Notes: generated from the letters alone by a model not told the origin. A stretch of DNA of 64,000 bases from Candidatus Thermofontivivens primus (GCA_031458695.1 JAVKJW010000006.1:35785-99784), one strand, 5' to 3'. Positions 41,213-51,417 are shown, numbered from the stretch's first letter. Numbers and translations are program-made.

Positions 41213-41986
41213 TTAGGTTCCTTCCTTCCCGCCCAGTGATCCTCTGCGTGCAAGGAAGAATGTCCGCCCGACGTTCCCTGCCATGCCGAGATCCTTTTCG
41301 GCGTCGTATGTCACAATCTCCTGAAAACCTGCTTCGCTCAAAGCCGCACGGAGCTCGTTCTCCGAATAACACCGTTGGGTCAGGACGAGGTCAGAACGCT
41401 GCCAGATTCCGCCCTCCATCCGGAACATTGTGATGTCGTTTTGACCGATCTTCTGCTCAGGATTGTAGCGAGCCCGTACGATGCAAACGTGATCTTCTTG
41501 CACGATGGCGAAGGATCCCCGCCAGCGCGTCTGGTATCCTTCCTCCGTGTTCACATCAAATAAGAAAAGTCCGTTGTCTCCCAGCACGGCGTGAACGTTT
41601 TGGAACACCCGCGTCAGCTCTTCCAGGCGCATGATGTGGTTGAGGCTGTCGAAGGTCGAGACAACGCTATGATAGACACTTGGCAAGGTAAACGAGCGGG
41701 CGTCGGCAAGGATCAACTCGACTCCAGGCGCGTTTTCACGGGCGTATCGGAGCATCTCTTCCGAACCATCTATCCCCGTCACCTGGTATCCGCGTTCCGC
41801 CAGCGTTTGAGCCAATTGTCCGGTGCCACAACAAAGGTCGAGGATGCTCCCGTGCTCAGGGATGTGAGGGAGGAGCAACCTCTCCAGGACCGGGAGCGCC
41901 TGGTTGCGGAATGGAACGCCCCAGTACCTGTTGTAGAACCATGCAAAGCGGTCATACTCGGAATAGCGCGACTCCTCGTGTGCCAT
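41213..41986 (-). CDS. Class I SAM-dependent methyltransferase
   Basis: ILDLCCGTG, GIDGSEEML, FDSLNH. Confidence 0.88.
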   Translation of the reverse strand: MAHEESRYSEYDRFAWFYNRYWGVPFRNQALPVLERLLLPHIPEHGSILDLCCGTGQLAQTLAERGYQVTGIDGSEEMLRYARENAPGVELILADARSFTLPSVYHSVVSTFDSLNHIMRLEELTRVFQNVHAVLGDNGLFLFDVNTEEGYQTRWRGSFAIVQEDHVCIVRARYNPEQKIGQNDITMFRMEGGIWQRSDLVLTQRCYSENELRAALSEAGFQEIVTYDAEKDLGMAGNVGRTFFLARRGSLGGKEGT

Positions 41987-42134
41987 AAAAGGCCCCCCCT
42001 TTGGCCAAGAGTGTACAGCTTCTCTCCTATCCACGCAGTTACAGCTCACGATATCCTCAGAGGACGCCGCTGAGGGCGATCCCGCTAGGTGCGTGACATC
42101 TCCACGGCCTCCAGCTCCCTTCGTCAAAGTGGTG

Positions 42135-42353
42135 TCACTGACGAGTCTTGCACAGGACCTGCTGGATGAGCATCAAAGCCCCGCCACGAGATACCAGCTC
42201 CTCCCGCTCATCTCCGAGGTCTGCAGCGAAGCGGGGGATCAGCTCATCATAGGCAGCCATGAGGTCCCGGACAAGCCTCTCCGGCCGCATCCGAAGACGC
42301 TGTTCCATGCGCAGTACCGTGTCTCGAAGCTCAACGATGTCCACGTGTCCCAT
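42135..42353 (-). CDS. Small hypothetical protein (72 aa)
   Basis: GGGAGGAG SD before ATG 42353; helical charged sequence; follows the J-domain gene. Confidence 0.65.
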   Translation of the reverse strand: MGHVDIVELRDTVLRMEQRLRMRPERLVRDLMAAYDELIPRFAADLGDEREELVSRGGALMLIQQVLCKTRQ

Positions 42354-42412
42354 CGTCTCCTCCCACATTCAGGCAACTTCACTACGCGCGCAATGTCCCG
42401 AGCGGGGGATCG

Positions 42413-42892
42413 TTACCGTGCTTGGAAGAAGGGGCGGCCGCGCGTGTACAGGAGATACACGAGGAGCGCAAGGAGGTCGTCAACCCACCCTGGTCCTACC
42501 AAAGCGTCTGGAACGAGGTCGATCGGGCTCAAGAGGTAGATCAGGAGGAGCACCAGGAGTCCCCACGAGAGGAACTTCTGGACGAGGACCGGAGGGAAAA
42601 TCCACACCCCTCCCGACCGTGGCCGTGCTTCGTCGGTGTGCGTGGAAGAAAAACGCTCCTTGCTCTGGGCACGATGCTGATTGTATTCTGCCCGCCTGCG
42701 CGGATCCCCGAGGACGGCGTAGGCCTCGTTGATGGCCTTCAGCTCTTCTTCGGCCCGCCGCCTGATTTTCGGGTCGGATTGGGGAAATCGATCGGGGTGG
42801 AGGGCGAACACTTTGAACCGGTAGGCCTCCCGGATCTCCTCTTGGGAAGCGTTGGGATCTACGCCCAAGATCTGATAGTAGTCCTTCTCCAT
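42413..42892 (-). CDS. J-domain protein fused to a DUF1232-like membrane domain
   Basis: DYYQILGV...HPD J-domain; C-terminal YLLSPIDLVPD...G.VDD. Confidence 0.85.
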   Translation of the reverse strand: MEKDYYQILGVDPNASQEEIREAYRFKVFALHPDRFPQSDPKIRRRAEEELKAINEAYAVLGDPRRRAEYNQHRAQSKERFSSTHTDEARPRSGGVWIFPPVLVQKFLSWGLLVLLLIYLLSPIDLVPDALVGPGWVDDLLALLVYLLYTRGRPFFQAR

Positions 42893-42938
42893 GGGAGGTT
42901 CTGCCCCTGAGTGAGATTATACCAGTTCGAAAGGAAGG

Positions 42939-43715
42939 TCAGGAAGGAAAACCCGGTGCGGCAGGAGAGGTGAGAGCAGGAGCCTCACCCTTCTCCTGGA
43001 GGTAAGAGCGGAACAGGGAGATGGCCTGCTCTTCCTTGTCCCCAATCCAGTAGGAGAAGCCTCTCAGGTAATCCTCCAGCTCCTTTGGCGAGAGCCACTC
43101 TGGAGCATGCCGGGAGCAAACCGAAGGAAGCGAAGCAAAGCACTCCTCCATGGACTCCTCCAGGGTCCAGACGATCTGTCGTTTTGCCTCTGCAGGGAGG
43201 GATCGCCGGATTGCCCATCGAGCAAATACGAACGGCAAACCCATCCACTCGTACCATTCCCTGCCGAGGTCATACACCAACAATCCTTCGGGATTTCGGC
43301 GCTTACGAAGAGCCTCATCTCCAATGACAAGCACGGCCTCACCCTTGCCCCCTCGAAGGTAGCTCGCAGGGCGTACCTTGTAGCGGACTTCCAACAGGAC
43401 CTGGAGGAGGCGTACCGAGGTTGAGGTTTCTTCACTGATCCCAATCACTGTGCCCTGTAACTGCTCGATCGGCAGCTGAGAGAAAAGGAGGACACTCTGT
43501 GCCGCCTGAGGTGCCACGATGCCGTAGGGGAGCGGCTCAAATTGGTCCTCCAATCGGAGCAGGTCGACGATCGCCAAGGGACCAGCATCTAGCTCGCCCC
43601 GCGCAGCTAGAAGGCCCATGACACGCGGGGTGCATGAGACAAGCTCTCCAGGCCACAGCGCATTTCGCCAGAAGAAGGGGATGGAGTTCAGGTAAGGATA
43701 GCGGCCGATGCGCAT
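42939..43715 (-). CDS. mqnA: Chorismate dehydratase MqnA (futalosine pathway)
   Basis: YLNSIP, SVLLFS, STSV.LL, IGDEAL, DLGREW...LPFVFA.W. Confidence 0.9.
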   Translation of the reverse strand: MRIGRYPYLNSIPFFWRNALWPGELVSCTPRVMGLLAARGELDAGPLAIVDLLRLEDQFEPLPYGIVAPQAAQSVLLFSQLPIEQLQGTVIGISEETSTSVRLLQVLLEVRYKVRPASYLRGGKGEAVLVIGDEALRKRRNPEGLLVYDLGREWYEWMGLPFVFARWAIRRSLPAEAKRQIVWTLEESMEECFASLPSVCSRHAPEWLSPKELEDYLRGFSYWIGDKEEQAISLFRSYLQEKGEAPALTSPAAPGFPS

Positions 43716-44833
43716 CACGAGGTTCCTCCATCGTAGACTCGGAGGACGGTATAGAGAGCATCCCGCTCGACAGGAATCTTCCGGGCCTCGCGGATCATCC
43801 GGATGAGCTCCTCTCGTTTGAGCTGGACAGGACTCGGAGCCCCGGCGGCATGGGCAATCTTCTCCTCACCCAAGGTACCGTTCACATCATCCGCCCCGAA
43901 GTTCAGCGCGATGGCTGCAGTCGCCTCTCCAAGCATCACCCAATAGGCCTCAATGTGGGGGAAGTTATCGAGCATCAAGCGGGAAGTTGCGATCACGCGC
44001 AACCCCTCAAGGGGAGATGCCTGGCGCTGCACCAGCCGCGTGGTCCCAAGCTGATACTCCAGGGGGATGAAGGTGAAGAACCCACCAGTCTCGTCCTGGA
44101 GCTCCCGCAACTTGAGAAGGTGGGTGATTCGTTCTTCGTCGGTCTCCAGATGCCCGTACAGCATCGTGGCATTGCTCCGGATACCCATGCGGTGAGCGAT
44201 CCGGTGGATCTCCAGCCATCGGTCGGCGTCCGCCTTCCCAGGGAAGAGGAGCTTGTGCAATCGATCGGAGAAGACTTCCGCTCCGCCACCTGGCATCGTA
44301 TCCAGGCCTGCCTCCTTCAAACGAGCCAAGGCTTCTTCAGGAGGTATCTTCCACCTGCGCCAGAAGTAGTCAATCTCCGCAGCTGTGAACGCCTTGATCT
44401 GGATGTGGGGAAAAGCCCTTCGGATGCTCCGGACGATCTCCACGTAATGTTCGAACGGCCAGTCCGGGTGATGCCCTCCCACGATGTGGACCTCCCGGAT
44501 CTCCTCGTTGAGGAGGTCCAGGATCTCCTCAATGGTCATCTCGTAGGCATGAGGATCGCCCTTGCGCGCGGCGAAGTCGCAGAACTTGCAGCTGAGCACG
44601 CAAATGTTCGTGGGGTTGATGTATCGGTTGATCACAAAGTACACGTACTCGCCGGACTTCTTGCGCTTCACCCAGTGAGCCATCTGCCCGAGGCCCAGAA
44701 GATCCGAGGTCCGGAGCAGATATACCCCATCCTCGAAGGAGAGACGCTCACCTGCCTGAACTTTCTCCCAGATGGGATGGAGGTGTGGGTCGCGCAGGAT
44801 GACCTCCCCAGCCTCCACCAATGTCGCCCCCAT
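43715..44833 (-). CDS. mqnE: Aminofutalosine synthase MqnE (radical SAM)
   Basis: CVLSCKFC, EVHIVGG, MPGGGAE, SNATMLYGH, EEKIAHAAGA. Confidence 0.9.
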   Translation of the reverse strand: MGATLVEAGEVILRDPHLHPIWEKVQAGERLSFEDGVYLLRTSDLLGLGQMAHWVKRKKSGEYVYFVINRYINPTNICVLSCKFCDFAARKGDPHAYEMTIEEILDLLNEEIREVHIVGGHHPDWPFEHYVEIVRSIRRAFPHIQIKAFTAAEIDYFWRRWKIPPEEALARLKEAGLDTMPGGGAEVFSDRLHKLLFPGKADADRWLEIHRIAHRMGIRSNATMLYGHLETDEERITHLLKLRELQDETGGFFTFIPLEYQLGTTRLVQRQASPLEGLRVIATSRLMLDNFPHIEAYWVMLGEATAAIALNFGADDVNGTLGEEKIAHAAGAPSPVQLKREELIRMIREARKIPVERDALYTVLRVYDGGTS

Positions 44834-44836
44834 CCT

Positions 44837-45460
44837 TTACCTCCTCTCCCCAGAAGGCCTGTCCGGGTCCACCCCGATGCTACGGAGGAGCAGCGTGCGC
44901 AGGGTGGGAAGGACCGCCGAAAGCGGCTCCGGTTCCCCGGTATGGAGCCAACGCACGATTACTTCGTTGATCGCCCCAAGCCATGCGTAAGCAGTAATCG
45001 TCGTGTCAACAGGCGGGATGCGCCCTTCTTCGACAGCTTCGTCCAGCTGGGTTTTAATCAGATCGGCCATCAGGGATCGCAACTGAAACCTTCGCTCCGC
45101 GAAGGCCGGCCCTAGGCCATTCCATTCGACGAGGACGATCTTGGCAAGTTGCCTGTGACGGGAAGCGGCCTCCAGGACAGTGCGGAGCGCCGCCTCTACC
45201 TTCGCTACAGCACCTCGCTCCCGCTGGATCGCCTGGGCGACTTCTTCGGCGAGGATCTGGGCGAACTCCTCGACCAGCGCGTGGAAGAGCTCCTCCTTGC
45301 TGGAAAAGTGGAAGTACAGGGCTCCTTTGGAGGTCCCGGAGGCCTGGGCGATGTCGTCCATGGACGTCCCGTGGTATCCTCTCTCCGAGAACACCTGCCG
45401 TGCCGCCTCCAGGATCTGGCGGCGTGTGAGCTCTTTCCGTTCAATCCTTGGCGTCGCCAT
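44837..45460 (-). CDS. TetR/AcrR family transcriptional regulator
   Basis: HTH ILEAARQVFSERGY...SKGALYFHFSSKEEL; ends 3 bp before mqnE. Confidence 0.93.
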   Translation of the reverse strand: MATPRIERKELTRRQILEAARQVFSERGYHGTSMDDIAQASGTSKGALYFHFSSKEELFHALVEEFAQILAEEVAQAIQRERGAVAKVEAALRTVLEAASRHRQLAKIVLVEWNGLGPAFAERRFQLRSLMADLIKTQLDEAVEEGRIPPVDTTITAYAWLGAINEVIVRWLHTGEPEPLSAVLPTLRTLLLRSIGVDPDRPSGERR

Positions 45461-45463
45461 GTA

Positions 45464-45511
45464 GACTGACCAGTCAGTCAGTATCTTAGCAAGCGGGGAA
45501 AACTACGTCAA
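45464..45511 (-). promoter_or_regulatory. Promoter plus palindromic operator for tetR-mqnE-mqnA
   Basis: TTGACG (45511-45506), 17 bp, TAAGAT (45488-45483); GACTGAC-CA-GTCAGTC (45464-45479) lies over the predicted start site. Confidence 0.75.
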
Positions 45512-45527
45512 GCCGACAACGGTTTCC

Positions 45528-46490
45528 TCAGAGGATGCTCCGCAGCAACTGAGGATCGATATTCCCGCCACTGATCACCGCGACAACCTTTCCCTCCTCC
45601 CGTACCTTTCCGAAGAGGGCTGCGGCAACCGAGGCGGCTCCTGAAGGCTCGGCGAGGACACGGGCATAGCGAAGGAGCTTGCGCACAGCTTCCAGGATCT
45701 CCTCATCTGTCACGGTGACCACCTCGTCCACGTAGCGGGAAACGAGGGCAAAGGTGAGTTCTCCAGGTTCCAGGACGCGCAAGCCGTCGGCCACAGTCTC
45801 AGCGCGCTCGAGGGCAACCCTGCGGCCGGCAGCAAGGGAGCGTTGGAAACGGTTCGCCCCCTGTGGTTCAACACCAACCACACGGACGCGTGGCGCAAGG
45901 CTTTTGATCGCCAGGGCAATCCCAGAGATCAACCCTCCTCCACTCATTGGGACGAGGACGGTCGAAACGTCCGGAAGCTGCTCCAGGATCTCCAGGCCAA
46001 TGGTCCCTTGCCCGGCGATCACATGCGGGTCATCGTAGGAATGAACCAAGCGAAGACCACGTTCAGCGACAAGGCGGTGCGCATACGCGAAGCGCTCGGC
46101 GGAGAAACGGCCGGCTTTGTGCAGCTCTGCACCCGCCTCCAAAATCCCTTGTGCCTTCGGCGGGGAGACATCCTCAGGAACCACGATCACTGCGGGGATG
46201 CCCAGGTGCCTGGCAGCATACGCCACTGCTTTCCCGTGGTTCCCCGAGGAAGCAGCAATGGCACCCCGCCTCTGTTCTTCCGGGGAGAAGTGCAGGAGGG
46301 CATTGAGCGCGCCCCGAATCTTGAATGAGCCTGTTGCCTGGAGGCTTTCGAGCTTGAGGAAAAGGTGCTGGCCGGTTTGCGCACCCAGCTCGGTTGCTTC
46401 GATCAGGGGCGTAATCTTGGCGAGAGTCCGGATCGCCTGATACGCTTCTCGCACATCGTCGATTGTAGGTGGAAGCATGACCTCCCCCAT
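45528..46490 (-). CDS. Threonine/serine dehydratase (PLP-dependent)
   Basis: KLESLQATGSFKIRG, SSGNH, SGGGL, SGGNID. Confidence 0.9.
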   Translation of the reverse strand: MGEVMLPPTIDDVREAYQAIRTLAKITPLIEATELGAQTGQHLFLKLESLQATGSFKIRGALNALLHFSPEEQRRGAIAASSGNHGKAVAYAARHLGIPAVIVVPEDVSPPKAQGILEAGAELHKAGRFSAERFAYAHRLVAERGLRLVHSYDDPHVIAGQGTIGLEILEQLPDVSTVLVPMSGGGLISGIALAIKSLAPRVRVVGVEPQGANRFQRSLAAGRRVALERAETVADGLRVLEPGELTFALVSRYVDEVVTVTDEEILEAVRKLLRYARVLAEPSGAASVAAALFGKVREEGKVVAVISGGNIDPQLLRSIL

Positions 46491-46624
46491 CGTCGGTAGT
46501 TGCCTACCGAATTCCTTATAGACTCTACCAGGTTTCTTAGGATTTGCAAGAGGAGCCTAGCCCATGTGGAGGGAATTGGGAGGCTACCACAAGAAGTGCT
46601 CCCGGCAATACCCAAGTAGCCTAT

Positions 46625-47176
46625 CTACCAGGGCATTGAGAAGGCACCTGGGAAATCTCTATCGACCTCTTTCTTCTTGCCGCTCCAATACTCTATCTTG
46701 ATCCGGTACACGGTTGTTTGCGCCAGCTCCTCCGCCGTAATCGGCTGGTAGTCCCTACCTGGCTTCAGGTGGGGGAAATACTTGTCGAGCAACAATTGCA
46801 GGGCGTGCTGTGCTTCGGCCTCGTCTGTGACGATGGTGGCACGTCCAAACACCACTACCCCCGCGTACTCGACGCTAAAGCCCGTCGCCGTTTTGGCGGG
46901 CAACAATCTCCCCATCTTACTCACACTGAAGCACACGCGATCATTTCTCTCAATGTTGGTGCGCGTACGACCTTCGTGGGCGGTATGGAGATAGATGGAG
47001 TGTGTCGTCTCGTCAAAGACAAAAAGGTTGGTGTTGATGAACGGTTGATCCTCATACACCGTCGCTAGCACGCCGAAAGGCGCATGTTTGAGCATCGCGC
47101 GGATCCATCCTTCGTCCTCCACAGCACGATCGCGACGGCGTACGATGTGCGGTAAGACACGAGCATCCTCGGCCAT
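46625..47176 (-). CDS. Pyridoxamine 5'-phosphate oxidase-like flavin-binding protein (NimA-like)
   Basis: VRRRDR, IYLHTAHEG, VCFSV, YAGVVVFG, WSGK. Confidence 0.8.
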   Translation of the reverse strand: MAEDARVLPHIVRRRDRAVEDEGWIRAMLKHAPFGVLATVYEDQPFINTNLFVFDETTHSIYLHTAHEGRTRTNIERNDRVCFSVSKMGRLLPAKTATGFSVEYAGVVVFGRATIVTDEAEAQHALQLLLDKYFPHLKPGRDYQPITAEELAQTTVYRIKIEYWSGKKKEVDRDFPGAFSMPW

Positions 47177-47346
47177 CGAGATCACCTCCTGCAACCCCCG
47201 AAGTTCCTGGAGATTTTTGAGGGCCACAACCCTGACCGCAGAGCTCCCTGTGAACCTATCGCCGTTCCCTGATTTTCTCTATCAAAGGGTTCTCACCTCC
47301 CTCCGGCGAACCTTGAAGGAGACATTGGGAGGATGGGACGCCTTGG

Positions 47347-47931
47347 ATGGGGACTCTTTTTGTTCGCTTCCGCACAACTCCCATCATCGCAGCGATCCGC
47401 CGGGAGGAACTAACCACTGAAGCTCTTTCCTCCTCCGTAGCCGCCTGTTTCTTCCTCACTGGGAACCTGCTCAACATCGAGCGGCTCGTACAAGAGGTAA
47501 AAGGGGCGGGGAAGTTCGTGGGGGTTCACCTAGACCTCCTCGAGGGGATCGCGCCGGACCGGTACGGGATCAGATTCCTGGCCACCCTGGGGGTAGATAC
47601 CCTCATCACCACGCGTTCTCACCTTGTCCACCTCATCAAAGAAGAAGGAATCCTCGCCATCCAGCGGGTCTTCTTGCTCGACTCTGGAGCTCTGCAGACG
47701 GCCGCACGGGTTGTGAAGGACGCTAGCCCTGACGCTGTGGAGGTCCTTCCTGGGTTGATCTATCGCTACTTGGCAGAAGAGGTCCGGAAGGTGGTCCCGG
47801 TGCCCATCATTGCGGGAGGGTTCATTCGGACCGTAGAGGAGGCCAAAGAGGCCCTCCGCGCAGGGGCCCTTGCCGTCTCCACGAGCACCCAGGCCCTATG
47901 GAAATACAAGGATTGGACTCTCCGGCCGTAA
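47347..47931 (+). CDS. glpP: Glycerol-3-phosphate-responsive antiterminator GlpP
   Basis: PIIAA, HLDLLEG, IQRVFLLDS, EVLPG, IAGGFI, VSTS. Confidence 0.92.
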   Translation: MGTLFVRFRTTPIIAAIRREELTTEALSSSVAACFFLTGNLLNIERLVQEVKGAGKFVGVHLDLLEGIAPDRYGIRFLATLGVDTLITTRSHLVHLIKEEGILAIQRVFLLDSGALQTAARVVKDASPDAVEVLPGLIYRYLAEEVRKVVPVPIIAGGFIRTVEEAKEALRAGALAVSTSTQALWKYKDWTLRP

Positions 47932-48101
47932 AATCCCAGGAGAGACATGTACCGGGCAAGGTGGCTCCGTGCCTGCCGATCCCTTGAGAGAGGCCGGTGA
48001 AACGCCCATCAGACTCTTGCCGGGTCCTAGGAGGAATCTCGCCGGGCCTGTCGAAAGAATAAAACAAAGGCTTTCCTAAGAGAACGTCGTTCGGGTAGGA
48101 C

Positions 48102-48165
48102 GGAGAGGTGGAGAGTCCTGCCGTGCGATGTCCGCAAGGGCTTCGCACGGCAGGACTTTGTATTT
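48102..48165 (+). terminator. GlpP-type leader attenuator (GGAGA repeats overlapping an intrinsic terminator)
   Basis: GGAGA-GGT-GGAGAG (48102-48115); perfect 15-bp stem 48114-48128/48143-48157; T-rich tail TTGTATTT. Confidence 0.78.
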
Positions 48166-48249
48166 GGACAACCTTCACATGCTCTTGACCCAACGTTCAC
48201 CTGGCCTTAGCACAGGCATCCTATCATGACGAGAAGGAGGGATAAGCAT

Positions 48250-49608
48250 ATGGAGAAAAGGTGGCGTATATGTGTCGTGGTCTTGCTCATCCTGGTGGTT
48301 GCCGTGCTCCTGGGTCCCCAAGCAACGGTGGCCCAGGCGCCGGGCCAGCGGATCCAGCTAGAGTTCTGGTACGCGCTGGGACGCCCGCTCGGAGATACCC
48401 TAGAGCGCATCATCGCAGACTTCAACGCCTCCCAAAACCGGTACCTTGTCAAAGGGACGTACAAGGGAGGCTACGCCGATACCATGGTCGCTGCGATTGC
48501 TGCGTACCGCGCTGGAGCAGCGCCGCACATCGTCCAGGTCTACGAGGTTGGGACTGCGACGATGATTGCAGCGAGGGAGGCGATCAAACCTGTCCATGAG
48601 CTCATGCGCCAGGCAGGGATCTCCTTCGACCCCAGCATCTACATCCCCGCCGTCCGCTGGTACTACAGCTCCTCGGACGGGAAGATGCTGGCCATGCCCT
48701 TCAACAGCTCCACGGCGATCCTCTGGTACAACAAGGATGCCTTCCGGAAGGCAGGGTTAGATCCCAACAAGCCTCCAAGGACATGGGCCGAACTACGCGC
48801 GGCAGCCCAGAGGATCCGCGCTACCAATGCAGCCCCCTGTGGGTTTACAACGGCTTGGCCAACCTGGACGCAGTTCGAGCAGTTCAGCGCCATCCACGAT
48901 GTCCCCTTCGCCACGAAGATGAACGGCTTCGAGGGGCTGGATGCTGAGTTGAAGATCAATAGCCCGCTCCACGTCCGCCATGTCCAGACCCTCATCGACA
49001 TGCTCAAGGAGGGGACCTTTAAGTACGGTGGGCGTGGGAGCACCGCAGACGGTCTCTTCCCTTCCGGGGAGTGTGCCATGATCACGGGATCCTCTGCTCT
49101 CCTCGGGCGGGTGCGGCGTGAGGCCAAGTTCGAGTGGGGGGTGACTTACCTCCCGTACTACGATGATGTGAAGGGTGCACCGAAGAATTCCATCATCGGC
49201 GGAGCCGCACTTTGGGCCATGACGGCGCCCCGCCGCACAGCAGAGGAGTACAGGGGCGTGGCCGAGTTCTTCAAGTTCCTCAGCGGGGCCAATGTAGACG
49301 CCTTTTGGCATATGGAAACAGGCTACCTCCCCCTCACCTTCATGGGGATTGAGCGGGCAAAGGCCCTTGGATACTACCAAAAGAACCCTGGGATGGAGAT
49401 CCCCTATAAGCAGCTCACCCGCACCATCCCAACCCCTAACACACGCGGGCTGCGCCTGGGGTACCTCCCGGAGATCCGGACGGTGATCGAGGAGGAGATA
49501 GAGAAGGCATTCCAGGGCCAGCAGACAGCCAAGCAGGCGTTGGATAACGCAGTGCGGCGTGGAAACGAGATCCTGCGCCGCTTCGAAAGGGACGTGAAGG
49601 GAGGATAA
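48250..49608 (+). CDS. ugpB: sn-glycerol-3-phosphate ABC transporter substrate-binding protein
   Basis: Signal peptide, QVYEVGTATM, PFNSST, NSIIGGA. Confidence 0.9.
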   Translation: MEKRWRICVVVLLILVVAVLLGPQATVAQAPGQRIQLEFWYALGRPLGDTLERIIADFNASQNRYLVKGTYKGGYADTMVAAIAAYRAGAAPHIVQVYEVGTATMIAAREAIKPVHELMRQAGISFDPSIYIPAVRWYYSSSDGKMLAMPFNSSTAILWYNKDAFRKAGLDPNKPPRTWAELRAAAQRIRATNAAPCGFTTAWPTWTQFEQFSAIHDVPFATKMNGFEGLDAELKINSPLHVRHVQTLIDMLKEGTFKYGGRGSTADGLFPSGECAMITGSSALLGRVRREAKFEWGVTYLPYYDDVKGAPKNSIIGGAALWAMTAPRRTAEEYRGVAEFFKFLSGANVDAFWHMETGYLPLTFMGIERAKALGYYQKNPGMEIPYKQLTRTIPTPNTRGLRLGYLPEIRTVIEEEIEKAFQGQQTAKQALDNAVRRGNEILRRFERDVKGG

Positions 49609-49626
49609 CCTCGGGGGGAGAGGGAG

Positions 49627-50511
49627 ATGCGCAGGCGGGCCATCTTTGACAATAAGGGATTGCCCTATCTGCTTTTGCTGCCGCAACTCGTGATCGTAGG
49701 GATCTTCTTCTACTGGCCCGCAGTCCAGTCGATCTCCCTCTCCCTCCTACGGCAAACTGCCTTCGGGTTCGGGGTCCGCTTCGCCGGTCTCCAGAACTTC
49801 CTGGAACTCCTGCATGACCCCTATTACCTCTTCTCCTTCCGGACGACGATCCTGTTTTCCGTTGCTGTGGTTGCTGTAGCCATGTCCCTGGGGCTCCTGC
49901 TCGCGGTAATGGCCGATAGCCCCATCCGGGGCACGGGTGTCTACAAGACGCTTCTGATGTGGCCGTACGCGATCGCTCCAGCCGTGGCCGCCGCTCTGTG
50001 GCTCTTCCTCTTCCACCCTTCCATTGGGATCATTGGGCGCATGCTCAACGCCTACGGGATCCGCTGGGACTATATGCTCAACGGTTCCCATGCCCTGCTC
50101 TTGGTCATCCTCGCCGCGGCCTGGAAGCAGGTGAGCTATAACTTCATCTTCTTCCTGGCCGGGCTCCAGTCCATCCCCAAGTCCCTCCTGGAGGCTGCAG
50201 AGGTCGACGGCGCAGGCGCAATGCAAAGGTTCTGGAGGATCCTCTTCCCCCTCCTCTCCCCAACGACGTTCTTCCTTCTCGCCGTGAACATGATCTTCGC
50301 GTTCTTCGAGACCTTCGGGGTGATCCATGCGCTCACCAAGGGCGGGCCCGCCAAGGCGACGGAAACCCTTGTCTATAAGGTCTATGTGGACGGCGTCATC
50401 AACCTTGATCTGGGCCGATCTTCGGCACAATCGGTCATCCTGTTGATCATCGTGGTCATCCTCACCATGATCCAGTTCCGCTACTTGGAGAGGAGGGTGT
50501 ATTACCTCTGA
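49627..50511 (+). CDS. ugpA: G3P ABC transporter permease
   Basis: AWKQVSYNFIFFLAGLQSIP, EAAEVDGA. Confidence 0.9.
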   Translation: MRRRAIFDNKGLPYLLLLPQLVIVGIFFYWPAVQSISLSLLRQTAFGFGVRFAGLQNFLELLHDPYYLFSFRTTILFSVAVVAVAMSLGLLLAVMADSPIRGTGVYKTLLMWPYAIAPAVAAALWLFLFHPSIGIIGRMLNAYGIRWDYMLNGSHALLLVILAAAWKQVSYNFIFFLAGLQSIPKSLLEAAEVDGAGAMQRFWRILFPLLSPTTFFLLAVNMIFAFFETFGVIHALTKGGPAKATETLVYKVYVDGVINLDLGRSSAQSVILLIIVVILTMIQFRYLERRVYYL

Positions 50512-51401
50512 TGCAGGCGACGAGGGTGAAGTACAGGACAGAGCGATGGGGCTGGGTCATCCGACGCCCTGAACGGTGGATCCCGCACCTGGTCCTCCTC
50601 GCAGGGGTCGTCCTCTTTGTCTTCCCTGTGTACGTGGCGATCATCGGCTCGACCCATGACGCGGCCACCATCGCGCGGGGAGAAATGCCCCTGCGCCCCG
50701 GTCCTTATCTCGCGACCAACTATGTCCAGGCATGGCTTGTGGGAAAGGGAGAGCGGGTAACGGCTTCTCCCGTAGGCCGCATGATGCTGAACAGCCTGAT
50801 CATGGCCCTCGCCATCGCGACAGGAAAGATCGCCATCTCCATTCTCTCTGCTTATGCCGTGACCTTCTTTGACTTCCCCTTGCGGATGGTCTTCTTCTGG
50901 CTGATTTTCCTCACCCTCATGCTCCCTGTGGAGGTGCGCATCATCCCCACCTACGCCGTCATGACGAAGCTGGGCCTGATCAACACCTACACGGGCCTCA
51001 CTGTCCCCCTGATGGCGTCGGCGACGGGGACATTGATCTTCCGCCAGTTCTTCCTCACGGTCCCTGATGAGCTGGTGGAGGCAGCGAAGATCGATGGCGC
51101 AGGTCCGCTGCGGTTCTTCTTCTCTATCCTCCTGCCTATTTCCAGTACAACCATCGCCGCCCTGTTCGTCATCCTGTTCATCTATGGCTGGAACCAATAC
51201 CTGTGGCCACTTTTGATCACCACCACCGAGGGCATGCAGACCATTGTCATCGGGATAACCAAGATGATTGGAACTGGAGAGGCCCAAACCGATTGGAACC
51301 TCATCATGGCTACCACTGTCCTTGCCATGTTGCCCCCGACAGCTATCGTCCTCCTCGCCCAGCGCTGGTTTATCAAAGGGCTTACCGAGGGCGAGAAATA
51401 A
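50511..51401 (+). CDS. ugpE: G3P ABC transporter permease
   Basis: [24 protein letters not shown]. Confidence 0.9.
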   Translation: MQATRVKYRTERWGWVIRRPERWIPHLVLLAGVVLFVFPVYVAIIGSTHDAATIARGEMPLRPGPYLATNYVQAWLVGKGERVTASPVGRMMLNSLIMALAIATGKIAISILSAYAVTFFDFPLRMVFFWLIFLTLMLPVEVRIIPTYAVMTKLGLINTYTGLTVPLMASATGTLIFRQFFLTVPDELVEAAKIDGAGPLRFFFSILLPISSTTIAALFVILFIYGWNQYLWPLLITTTEGMQTIVIGITKMIGTGEAQTDWNLIMATTVLAMLPPTAIVLLAQRWFIKGLTEGEK

Positions 51402-51417
51402 AGCGAGGAGGATAAGG

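Noticed and set aside
43634..45115. 493-aa plus-strand ORF
   Set aside because: Antisense to mqnE and tetR, which carry clear family motifs.
41116..47300. tRNA-anchored integrative element or prophage
   Set aside because: No integrase, phage or transposase gene, and no repeat of the tRNA 3' end was seen.
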